A stretch of 64,000 bases of DNA, taken from positions 100,450-164,449 of the forward strand of contig RHPI01003491.1 in the NCBI GenBank assembly GCA_009103225.1. The letters run 5' to 3'. Each line of letters begins with the position of its first letter. The first letter of the stretch is position 1. This DNA comes from Chlorokybus atmophyticus (Eukaryota > Plantae > Mesostigma and Chlorokybus algae). Under the pieces are notes generated by a model, which did no database searches, had not been told where the DNA came from, and worked only from the letters and a program-made list of their open reading frames with translations. The translations under genes were made by a program, and so were the position numbers. Shown in pieces: positions 52,390 to 64,000 of the stretch.

Positions 52390-54805
52390 TCATCCCGGGA
52401 TGTGCCGGCGAAGCGCGCTCAACACAATGCCGGGAGCGCTCATGTGCGGGATGTGTCCTCGCGTGGGGAGTATCTCATACATGCATTTTGGCAACCTTGT
52501 CGCCATATACTGCGTGACCTGCATGCAACAATCACACTTATGAGAGTTGTACAATGAATAAACCCTCTCTTAACCTCAAGCGACTGCATAAACAAGACAA
52601 TACATGATGCACACAATACATGATGCACACAATAATGGTTGTCAATACGCTTTGAACATTGAGATGCGTGCTCTTGGACTGGTGCTAGCTGTGGCGCAAA
52701 ATGTACAAGGGCGTTGTACTGTACAGCATGCTTGTATCATGTACTGTCAGTTAGTCCTGCTATGTGTTTGTAAAACAGCAGTTCAGCCAACATGCTCATG
52801 CTGGACTGTAATGCTTTGCAGTGGCAGGCAAAACCCACCTCTTCGGGGACAGCGAGGTCTTCTCGGCCTTGAAGCAACACGCACGGTATCTCCACCATGC
52901 TTAAAGCATCCCTGAAATCAGTCTGCCAAGGAGAGACAGACATTTGAGCTCGTTCCTCCATTTGAATGTGTTGCACGATGCACAGCAAATGAAGTGCACA
53001 TACCAGGAAAGCGGTGCGGCTGACGCTGATAGCCACATCAGGACGCATGGAGATAAGGTGGCGAGAGAACTCCTCGATTGCCTCGCTATTGTCCTCGCAC
53101 ACCACTCTCGGAGCAAAACCTGCCCAGAAACTCCGATGAGTGCGTGTCTTTCATCATACGCATAAGCACATACCAGATGTACAAGTATCCCCACTCACCT
53201 GCCACCCAAGCCAGGTAGTTCTCGTGCATGCTTGCAAACACGCGCTCCAAGTCTTCCAGGCTGGTGTTTTTGGTGTGAACAGGAAACGACAATCAGGAAA
53301 CGTGACTTTGTGAGATATTCTGGTTGATGATTGACAATGTTACTCACGTGAATGGGCCATGGAAGTTCTCTTCGGGCAGGTTTACATAGCCAGGAGCCCC
53401 ACAAATGGCAATCAGCTTCTTAAACCTGTAGGGTTGCTCTATGGAGGCCAGCATGCCGGCGTTGGCCGACAGACTCGCACCAACGTACACGCAATTCTGG
53501 ACGTCGATCTCAGCAAACAACTCCAACACATCCTCGGCGTAACTGCATAACACAACATTAGCACAATGATGTGAGCCTTGCACACAGAGCCACTACTCCC
53601 TCCCACGAACAGTGCCACTACAAGCTTGTTCTTGGCTTGCGTGAACAAGCTTAGCGGTCGTTGGACAGCTAGCCATACACATATCAATCTAGTTGAGCCT
53701 TGGTTTGTTGAAACGTCAGCAGAAAAAAGACCATGCCACTGAAGGCGTGCTACCATACACATTATTTGTTGTCCCTAGAAGTTGCGAGTATTGGTAGAAA
53801 CAGATGAGTATTGTGTTAAGGATGAAAGCTTACCCGTGAAGATCCGCATAGCGACGGAAGTCATACTCCTCATCATTGGTCACTGCGGGAAGCCAAAATT
53901 ATGTCATTGTCTAGCAAAAGTCGGACAGTGACAACTGCAGACCCTGTGTGCCTTGCATAAAGCGTAAAAGTCATACTTACGAGAACAAGCGGCATCAAAA
54001 ACCAACACGCGGTAGTCTTCAATGAGGCCTGGCAGTATCCTCTGCCACGAAGACTGATCCGCCCCCAGCCCGTGAGCCAGGACCTGACAGAGACAAAGAC
54101 TGCTTGAGCAATGACTGCAGCGATAAGTGACACAGACAGGCAAGGTTTCAGTTCTTTTGGTTCGTCTGTAGGTGAATAACACTTTACTTCCAAAAACATG
54201 AAAGTGCAGTGTATAGTAATTGAAGCATTGCCTCACTAAGAGGTATTGGTCAACTGTTGCACGCGGAATGGCGCATTCCAGCTGCAGTAGTTCTGTAACT
54301 TAATGTAAACTAGACAGGTTGCTACACAACTGCACTGTGTAGCAACTTGGTTGCACAAACCCTGACGGGCACTGCCTGAGACATGTGGTTGCACATGTGT
54401 GATTGTGCGATACAATGTGTTATTACCAGTGGTTGCACTCAAGTTGGTTGAGCTCAAGCAGCCATGTTTCAGCTGCAGCAATGAACACTCAAGATTTCAC
54501 TTTAAAAGTCGGACACTGCTAATGGCTATGTGTTAAGGTCAATGAGGGGATGGGGTTCATGGAGCTGGTCTGTTTGTTGCATTCAGTGCCCATCACCAAT
54601 ACTACATTATGCTGCAACTGAGTGAGCACACGGACGCTACACAAACCATCCATCTTGCGATAAACTTGAAACCTACCACAAGCGTCTCGCCTCGGCCGTA
54701 GAGCTTGGCTTTGTGGCGTCTGGCCAACGGGCCAGACAGGTCTAGATGGCGCTTGTTGTTCTTGTCCGGCAAGACGCTGCCACGGATGAGCTCCGGAGCA
54801 TACAT
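52390..54805 (-). CDS. KAI2-like: KAI2/D14-like alpha/beta hydrolase
   Basis: Eight exons: HKAKLYGRGETLV|VLAHGLGADQSSW, YDFRRY, CVYVGASLSA, ENYLAWVAG|FAP, EFSRHLISMRPDVA, EDLAVP, GHIPHMSAP; Ser-Asp-His triad present. Confidence 0.92.
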
Positions 54806-56165
54806 GTCACGAGACCAGACCAGATCGGAGCAGAGCAGACCACAGGAGAGGAGCAGAGAAGAGCAGACCAATTGCTGACAATCCAACCCCAAGTGTTGCT
54901 CTTCTAGGCACTAAGAGCTCTCCCCGTGGTTCTACCCCTGTGGATAATGCACCATCGCAAACTACCTTACACGAGGCGCTAAGCAGGAGGGGACACAGCC
55001 GTGTGGACGACGTCACCGCCGCCCACACCGACACCGCTGCCAATGCCGCCCACAATGTGGATATGTGCTTGATTTATGTGTGAGTTACAGTGAATGAAGC
55101 GCTGCGAGTGAACTAATCTTAGTTCACCTGTTCATGTAACTTCTTGCTCGCGAACCGGTGCGACCGGTGCAGAAAAAGTCTTCGTTCGGACAAGATATAT
55201 GCCAGATATTCGTATCCGGCCTTGCTGTACCTGCTTTCGGTTACAACCGCACGGAATCGCACGAAAATCGGGCTAATCGGCATGACAAAGGTTGTGCAAG
55301 CAGCAAAATAGACCCTTTCTTGCGTTCCACAATACATCACAATCGCGGAATCTTTCGGGTTATAATTTTACGCTTGGCACTGACAAGTTGTCAGCGACAA
55401 CCGTACGGTACTGTAACGTGCCCTGACTGTCAGGCCGCCAACCAATGTGTCGACACATGCACAGCCTCACCTGGCTGCAAGCATAACGGGTAGCGGCATA
55501 TCCTGGATGCAAATCTCTGACATAAACCACCTTCCCACCACTAGGCCACCACTGGTGGGCCACCAGCGAAATGTGCTTGATACAATCAGTGCTGTACACA
55601 TGCACATTGCCAAGCTTGGCAAGCTTTTCAGCTTGCATCATTATGATGTGTTACTGGCTATTCTAGTTGTTAGCATAAGAGTATCGGGTATGGTCATCTT
55701 TACAAGACTTCAACATGAGAGAATGAACATGGTATTCATTATTGTGTAGTTTGCGTTTTGCTGTACTATTTCGTGTAAGCATGCTAATTGCCATGCAGAG
55801 TTTATATACTTATGATATCACATACGTTTGCAAAACTTTTGTTGCAATCGTCACATTGTCATGATAACAATTGTTGATTTATTGCGTAGCAATCAGCGCG
55901 CGCAGCTGAGCATCATGACCATCATGAAAAAAACGTGTTAAAGCTAATATTGTTGCCGGCACACATATTGCAACATATTGCAAAGCAAATGAAGCTTGCT
56001 CTTCATGTCAGTACATTGGTTTGCATTTAAAGGTCGGTAAGGGTGGGGTTGCGAGGTGTATTATTCATGCATACCCCGTTTAATTCAATTCAAGTTGAGC
56101 ATGATTGTGCACAGTGTTCATGTTCATGTCGACCATAATTCCCCTGCTTCAAGCCCCCCCCCCTC

Positions 56166-56333
56166 NNNNNNNNNNNNNNNNNNNNNNNNNNNNNNNNNNN
56201 NNNNNNNNNNNNNNNNNNNNNNNNNNNNNNNNNNNNNNNNNNNNNNNNNNNNNNNNNNNNNNNNNNNNNNNNNNNNNNNNNNNNNNNNNNNNNNNNNNNN
56301 NNNNNNNNNNNNNNNNNNNNNNNNNNNNNNNNN
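56166..56333. other. Assembly gap, followed by a (GT)n run to about 56390
   Basis: Run of N, then GT repeats. Confidence 1.
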
Positions 56334-56392
<59 letters not shown>

Positions 56393-57192
56393 TCCCAACA
56401 CGGTGCCTCTTGAGTCATTGCTTGCGGCACGTAACTGTTACTTGCAATCACGAAAGTTCATCGTCGCCAAGTTGACTACACATACCTTCTGACGTATTTT
56501 TACTTATATATCATCAGTACATATGTGCGTCTGCTGTGTACCTTGCTATGATAAACGGCGCCTCCGTTATTGCAAGCTGTGTTACACAGTACACGCTATA
56601 ATTTCTTATGATTTCCTCCGTACTCACGCACAAGTTCCACTCTATCAACATTGCACATAGCCGACTAGGTCGCACGAACATGCAATGACTACATACAACC
56701 TTAAAGTACAAAAGGTCTTTTAACCACGACGGTCAGTATGAACCATGGCTTTGATGGTTTAGTTGAGATGCACATGCGGATGGTGCAGGCCAATTGTGCC
56801 AGGTTTGCTTTGCTAGCACATCAACTTTACACCGGAGCTCAAGTCTTTCACGCACAATGACCGCATCATCAATTCGTATGCAATGATCACGCTTTGCTAT
56901 ACTTAACTCTGCCATGGTTTGCTATAACAATGTGCGACTACGATTTACGCTGCATGCACTACAACCGCATCAATGTACTCACACCCTACCTATAGAAGTT
57001 TGGGCCAACCTCCTACGTCGTGATTGTTGGCGTCGATGTGGTCGTGAACGACTGCTTGCTTGTGTCTAGCCTAACGAGCTTTGTGGGAACTCCCTGCTTG
57101 TGTATGAGTGCTTGAGTGCAGGGCATGGCATGGTGCATAGCACAACACAGGAGTTTATCTCTGTTTTGACATATACTACAGAGTGCTTATTC

Positions 57193-60100
57193 TCAGCTGT
57201 GTCCGCAACCTGTTAAACTTTGTATCCTTAGCCAGTCATCACCCACCAACCCTCTACCCAACAACTGTTCAATGCGAATCCCCTGCAGATGCCCTGAGCC
57301 AGGCGCTTGCACAGGCAGCTGCAACTTCATGCCTGGAGTTGGAAGCTCGATCTCGGTAAGACGAATGCAGGCAGCTGCTATCATTTGAAACACATTTGAT
57401 TTCACTTCATCACACCCCGACACATTTAGACTCTGCAACCTTTGCAGCCGGCTCAAAGGCACCCCGCGCACGCCTTTGCAACACGCCAGTGATAAATGTT
57501 CAAGACCTTTGCAATGGTGGACCATACTGTTCAAGCTGATGTCGGTCAAGCCGAAACAGCCCGCGAGCGATAGCTTACGCAAGTCAGGGTTGGATGCAGC
57601 AATCAACTCAATGTCGTCATCACGCAAGAAGGGTCTTCGCACCACTGATAAAGATGTCAAGCCAGAGAAGTGGCAGAGAGCTTTGTCGGTCCAGTTTGTA
57701 ACTGAGCCGCCAATGCGCACATCGCGCAGATGTCGGCAGCTGGCAATGTCCCTGATGCCGATATCGCTCAAACCCCGACACGCCACAAGTGATATCCGCT
57801 CAATGCGTGGGCACGCTGTCGCTATCAGCTGCGCAATGTCGTCGGCTACATGGCATTGGTCGAGGCAAAGCTCCCTTATGGTCTTGCCAGAAGCAGCCAG
57901 CAAAGCTTTCAGGAAAGGTTGTGCGGATGCATAGCGGAGTGCAGACACATCCGCAACTGATACCGCCGTGAGGTTCATCCATAAACCTCGCGACAATCTA
58001 TGGGAGGCAACATCCAAAGCCAACTCGCTCACATTTCGGCATCCGGCAAGGGAAAGCCGTCGCAGGCGCGGAAAATGTGTCACGAACAGACACAAAGCCT
58101 GGTCGCCAATGTTGCAGCCCGAAACATCCAACTCCTCCAGTGGAAAAGACAACAAGTTGTCTTTGATGGAGGCATCAGCAACGCTCGCCAAAGCATACTC
58201 TTTGTTACCCTCTATAGTCTCTTCTCCAACACGGGAGCGCACGCCTCGCAGGTCACTGTGTTGGCCAGAAGCCAACGTAATGCTCTTGCCGTGCCAGTAA
58301 TCGTTCAAGCTCTGGAATGTTTGATCGGTCAATCGCAGAAGGCCGGAGATGTTGAGTGAGACCAGTTTCAGCGCCAAGTTGATGAGAAGGAAAGTGATAG
58401 TGTAGGGTCCAATCTGCGAACAGTTGCTCAGGTTGAGGCGTGTAAGAGACACGGCTGTTCTGGACATTACGATGATGTCGGCTTCGCTCACAGCTGTGCC
58501 AGACACATCCAACTCCTCCAAGAAAGCCAACTGCTTCACTACGGGTGTAATCCATTGCACAGCCCTGATAACAAGCGCGCGCACAACACGCACCCACAGC
58601 TTGTGTCAATGATGTATCAACTTGTATGGGTACAATGCATACAAGTGCACATGCTGCTCAAGCAACAGGCTCAAGAGCGCGTATGCACATCACAACAACA
58701 TGAGAGTCTCACCTGCAGCCAGCAATGCGCAAAACACGCAGAGTGCGCCATAGCTTGTGTGCGATGACAGTTAAGCCGTCATTTGTGATCTGTGATAGAC
58801 CGCGCAGCGACAGCGTGTCCAACTGCGCAGACATATGTTGCCATGTCAGTCAAGAAAGATACGGCGCAACAAACAGCACGCAACATCCCAGCATGCTATG
58901 AGATGCTCATGCATCTTGTCTCGGTGTTATAAGAACAAGGTAGCTGGTAGATGCGTGCATTGGTACATGCGTGAGGGTGTGCGCATGCATATACGCACAC
59001 ATACACGACTGCAACACTGGTAATAATTTTCACAAATTATAACAACCAAATGTAGCAACCAAGTGCACGTGTAATGCACTAAATTCACAAGCAACACCCA
59101 GCTCACCTCACAGCAGTACTCTGCAATATGCATAAGTGCAACATTCGTGACTGCACTGCATTGATCGAGCACAAGCGTGCGCAGACTCCCACACGCTTTC
59201 GCCATGGCGCAGGCTGATAAGTCCGTCAAAGGAGCTGAGGAAAGGTCTAGAAAGGTGATGTCCTTGCCAGCTGGCACTATGACTTGCCTAACAAGCTGGT
59301 CCATATCTATGTTCCAAAGCCCTCGCAGGCATAGCTGTCTGAGATTCATGCATTTGGAAAGAGGAAACAACAGTGAAGTGTCCAGCCAAGTGCACCCCGC
59401 AAAGCAGCAACATTGAATGCCCGCCTGTGCTGCAGCCCACTCGACCGCAGCGCGTGTTGCCGGAGAGTACTTGCTTACTGTTAGCTCTTGCGCTTGCGGC
59501 CACCTACCTGTTAACACCAGTCTGTTCCATTGACTGCATACCTGCGCAAACACTCGTCAATCGGCGATCACAAGATTGAGCACTTGTCTACTCAGGACGA
59601 ATTGCACGAACACCCATCACCGGTAAAGTTGTCCAGTTGCACACACACATGCTTTATGTCATAACAGCAGAACATTTTCTCAATTGCTTGGCAGTACTCC
59701 CAAACAGCAAAGCTTCAGGTTGAGTTCAAGCTTGCTGTTGGTTCACATAGCTCCTTGATGGGAAAACGGGCCAGATCCCGACACCTGGATTGTGCTCTTT
59801 TTCTAAGAAGTACAAAGCGAAGCAAAGGAAGCACCACATATTACTGAGAAGCAAAGCAAGTATAGCATAGATTGGATAGCAGCAACAACAAAATCTGACA
59901 AACAGCAACCAAACGTTAAGTATGATCCACCTTTTGACTTCAAGTGTGTGTGGAGCTCAGAAAACAGTACCGTTGTGCAAGCTGGACCATCAATTTGACA
60001 TGATTCAGCTTTTCTAATAGTGCAAATATGATACCCAACTCCACAACAGGTGAACCCCCTCGTGGTGGTCTCTGTGAACGGGGTGTGGGAGGACAGGCGA

Positions 60101-60556
60101 AACCTCAATCCACCAAACTCTCATGTGTCCGCTGCAACTTACCAGCCTGGCTCTGGCAAGGTCTGCCACATCCTCCAAGCGGTCCAGCACCGCCCTCACG
60201 ACGTCGTCAGCCACAGGCACTTCGCCTCCCACCTCCACCTCCACCTCGGCATCCACCTTCCCTTTCGCCTTCTCCTCATCCGCCGCCGCCGCCGCCATGT
60301 TGTCCATGTTAATGATCATGTCGACGTCGTCGGCGGAGGTGTTTGGGGGCGAGGCGGCGGTGAGGCGGTTTGCCTCCGGGTGGGCGGCATGCGGTATGCC
60401 TGAGGGCGAGTGGGTTTGGAGGGCGGCGGCGAGGAGGGGCGCAGAGGCAACAGCAAGCGGCTCGGTAAGGACGGTGCTGAGGCTTCCAGCATGATTGAGT
60501 TTCGTCCTTTTGGTTGAATTCATTGCTCGTAGTTTCCCGAAAGTGACATTGTTCAT
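57193..60556 (-). CDS. F-box protein with Cys-containing LRRs (FBXL-type)
   Basis: F-box-like VPVADDVVRAVLDRLEDVADLARARLV; many LxxLxLxxCxxITDxxL repeats (LRKLSLAGCFGLTDISL, LRRLSLAGCRNVSE); long 3' exon. Confidence 0.85.
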
Positions 60557-60845
60557 TGCACAATTGTGTACTTTGGCGTGCTTGCTTGCTTATTGCTTCA
60601 TGGCGAGACAAACCAAGCTAAGCAAGCTTGCTTGGCAAGTTGCATTTGCTGGCTTTTCTTCAACAATGACGGCTATGTGCTGGGCTACCTAGCAAGCTTC
60701 GCTTGCTTGTCTGCTTGCTCGCTCACTTGCTTGCTGATTTGCTTGCTTGCATGTCAGCTTGCCTCCTTGGCATGCATGCGTGCATACACATGCTTAGTTA
60801 AGAGCCAGCGATCATACTGCACAGGGTGGTTGCAAGCTTTCGTGC

Positions 60846-61969
60846 ATGGACATTACCTGTCACAAACAATTTGCTCTATCCCTTTCAAGTCATGTGCACT
60901 GCAAGCCTTGGTCAAGCGTCACCCAGTGTTTTTGCATTCAGTCGTACACGAGTCTGGAGTCAGCTCGGTTTTGCATTTTTGCATCTCCAACTCCTATCAA
61001 CTCCCCATTCTGCTTAGCGTCGTGCCACGACATGCGTACCAGGCGTCAGGCTATCTCGTGCTAGAAGGTGTACCACGCAAAGCGGACACAACGCAGTCGC
61101 ATACAGATGACGATGAACAAAGCAGTCCGGTTGGCGACATGGAAGATCATGACTATGACACGCTTGTTGCACAGGTAGCTGAAGTTGTGTAGAATACATT
61201 GCGTTGGTACTTGGCATGTAAATCAAGATGTGAGCGTGTGTTCTACGCTTCTGATGCAGCTGCTCACTGTGCAGAGTGCGGAAGAAGACTGCGTGTACCA
61301 CATGTTAGAGTTCCACATTGTTTGGAATGAGATATACTGCGTGCCGCATCTACTCTTCACGGGCAAAACCCTTGGTGGGTACCCAATGGTTGCAAGAGTT
61401 GCACTTCAGCATGCTTACATGCAGATTACACCGACGCGGTTTGAGAAAAGGTGTCTGATGTTGGGTTTGTTGCATTTCCTTCCTTTTGCAGAGGGGAGGC
61501 CTTTGACTTCAGACGAGTTGTTGGCTTGTTTACCACAAGCAGGACGTGACCTCGCCAACCCTGACGCGCACGATGGATGGACTTTCATCACGCAACAGGT
61601 GTATACCACTGTACGCCAGATGGAAAGAGCTTTGGCCAGTAGTCTACGGCATTGTCACCACAACTTGGATATGCGTGCAGGATCACCCACACACAGGAAG
61701 GCCATGGTATGCACTTCACCCATGCGGCACACCCGCTCGCATGGCAGTTCTGCTTGATCAGGCTCGCCAGGTGAAACTTTACTCTATTTGCAATGTATGG
61801 TGCACTGTACGTTGCATTGTATGCTGTTTTTGAAATTGCAGTTGTTTAATCGTAGGTGACTGATGCGGGTCCAACAAATTGCGATAATTATTTGCTGTCG
61901 TGGTTCAGTCTGGTCGGCCCCGTTGTTGGGTTGTCACCGCCACTCAAAGCTTATGAGCTGGCAGGTTGA
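60846..61969 (+). CDS. ATG10: Autophagy E2-like enzyme ATG10; N-terminus uncertain
   Basis: ASGYLVLEG, LEFHIVWNEIYCVPHLLFTG, GRPLTSDELL, WTFITQQ|DHPHTGRPWYALHPCGT (catalytic HPC), YLLSWFSLVGPVVGL. Confidence 0.88.
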
Positions 61970-63497
61970 AAGGTTATGCAAAGGTATGTCAAGTGTGTAA
62001 GGATATGGGTTCCCGTTGAATGGCGTGCGTTGTGCGATGAGACGTGTACCTCTCTCACCCAACATAACTGACCAATGGCCTTGGCAGTCATTGCTTCAAA
62101 CATTGAGCTGCCATGTGCGCTGCTGCTTGTACCACAATGTCATTACCATTAGCTCCATGATTACATTTCCATACCCATGCAGCTGCAACGATGAGGTGAG
62201 TTTCAGGTTGAGACGGCCATACGCATGACGTGCACCACTGTATCTGCATGCCTATCTGTGAGTTTACAGCACAGCCTTCACAGTGGTCCTTGTGAAGGGG
62301 AACGGTTTGTGCCATTTGCGCCCACACCATGGCGGCTGGCAGGATGAGTGGGATTGCATATGCATGACGACCATGCTATGGAGCTCATCGCTTACAACGG
62401 TAGGAGCACAGAGCCGCCGTATGTTGTGTATGTCGTGCAGTTGTCATGGCACCCAATCCGTCGACAATACCTTTTCTTGAATTGTTGTTGCTTGTCATGT
62501 ATGCTGCAGACTGGACTCATTTCTGTGTTTATGGCCGCAGAAGCGTCTCATGCAGCGGCATCACTTTCGGTGATCGCCCTGGCTATGCAGCAGTTACGGT
62601 GCTTTGCTCGTGGCGATATCTACTGGCGGGATCATCTGCTTGCATGGTCTGCGGTTTGCTAGCACAGTCAATCCTCTTGCATTCGTCTTCGACAACCAAT
62701 GTCAGCTGCTGCACCCTTGCCATGCCGCTAACATACTTGCAGTGTACAAAAGGGGTGTGCTACTATGTGCATAAAGTATGCAAGGAGGGGATGTACAAAC
62801 AATGTGCACGGGATATGCATATGCACAGCGACAACCACCACCATCATAGGCTTATGCCACAAGCATTGATACTGTCACACGCTTCACCACCGGGCTACTA
62901 CTCAATTTTGCTTAAGTCACTGCCTGCACAGTGTGTGTCATTGTGTATCATAGGTATATGCGGTTATGTGACTGTCTGGTGTTAGTGGTTGTGTTGCAGC
63001 TGGTTGTGTCATGTTCTTGCTCCTGTCCTTACATGTGCAATGGAGACCGTGACTGGTTGCGCAACAAGACAGAAAGACTGCAATTGCCACTTGCACTGCG
63101 GCTGCTGTCTAGACTCAACCCTGTCAGACATCCCAAGTGCTGAGGAATTGACATGATGGCATGGATAATGTGATATGTCTGAACAATCAACAGCGCAAGT
63201 TGCCACCATACCGTTCTTACTTGCCCTTTTGGTTTTGCAGTGCTTCCTTCCTGCCATACTGTACGCGATACCACTAGTACTACAGGGTATGATGGCCCCA
63301 AGGGTGCACAGTATAATAGGGCTTATGTGCTTGCAGGCTTGGCATTGGCATGGCAACTGCAAGTAGCTGCACATCAAATAAACTGCACAATTGACACCGA
63401 CGCTTAGTACAAACATTTACAGATTGCTTACACTGCCCGCAGCCAGGCTAACAGTCAACTCTAATGACACCACCACCAAACACACGCTTTCCCTCTG

Positions 63498-64000
63498 CTA
63501 CCATGTACCAGGATTGCCTGATGATGGGTTTTCAAACGCCTGTAGCCATTCACACATATCAATTGCTGCAAGTAACCTCCTAGCAATTCACCAGTACAGC
63601 TCCATGCAGGGCAACATGTGACAGTACCTTGAAGCTCCAATCCGTTTGAATTGCAAACGGCTCTGAGATCTTGACGCCCTGCGCCGTAACTTTGGCGATT
63701 TGAATCTGCAGACATAGACGGTTAACACTGCAGGGTCCAGTCATTGCCTCATCAATGACGTCAATGACTTGCAGCTGAGGGCAGAACTTATCAGACCAAA
63801 ATAGCGTACAGCTACTAACACTTGCAAAGCAAAAGACCGCTGTGCAGTTAGTAAGCACTCACCTTGTTGATGGTCTGCTTGTCTCTGTAGTACAGCACTC
63901 TCATGCACTTTTCTAGCAACGCCCTGGCCTCAACCTGCGATAGATGCACTTATTAGTGCTTGGCTGCTTGCGGCAACACTACTTGCAAGGGTTTCATCAA
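63498..64000 (-). CDS. PBG1: 20S proteasome beta7 subunit, 3' exons (gene continues beyond the window)
   Basis: EARALLEKCMRVLYYRDKQTINK|IQIAKVTAQGVKISEPFAIQTDWSFK|AFENPSSGNPGTW*. Confidence 0.9.

Noticed and set aside
55360-56915. Possible small minus-strand gene (MAELSIAKRDH..., WWPSGGKVV...)
   Set aside because: Fragments are interrupted by the assembly gap and have no recognisable homology.
57193-60556. F-box/LRR gene as MAX2, partner of the neighbouring KAI2-like gene
   Set aside because: The repeats are generic Cys-containing LRRs and the C-terminus lacks the MAX2-like end; proximity alone is not evidence.
62000-63400. Possible gene between ATG10 and PBG1
   Set aside because: Exon-like pieces exist, but I could not assemble a consistent frame or recognise a family.

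Overview
Eukaryotic nuclear DNA from a green-lineage alga, most likely a flagellate streptophyte (inferred from plastid GapA, CGL160, a KAI2/D14-like hydrolase, a KIF12-like kinesin and plant-type 72-bp LRR exons). Intron-rich host genes: LRR/proline-rich/PAN protein (3' part), a ~9-kb gene with ten AP2-like domains, GapA, CGL160, kinesin, KAI2-like hydrolase, F-box/LRR, ATG10 and proteasome beta7 (3' part). Retroelements: L1-type endonuclease relic, non-autonomous Copia, decayed Ty3/gypsy-PHD, two Penelope-like RT relics, and a near-intact 8.5-kb Ty3/gypsy (32720-41224). That element is the highlight. It carries a DNMT3-like C5 methyltransferase between protease and RT, a C-terminal PHD finger and a Tf1-style self-priming site. 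Its LTRs are split/permuted (A-internal-B-A-B), with ends at a palindrome inside the LTR and a 4-bp TSD, which suggests integration via a 2-LTR circle. Caveats: draft assembly (N gaps at 23279-23423 and 56166-56333; single-N joins at 2350, 22654 and 41061, the last inside the 3' LTR); all alignments and exon calls were made by eye.
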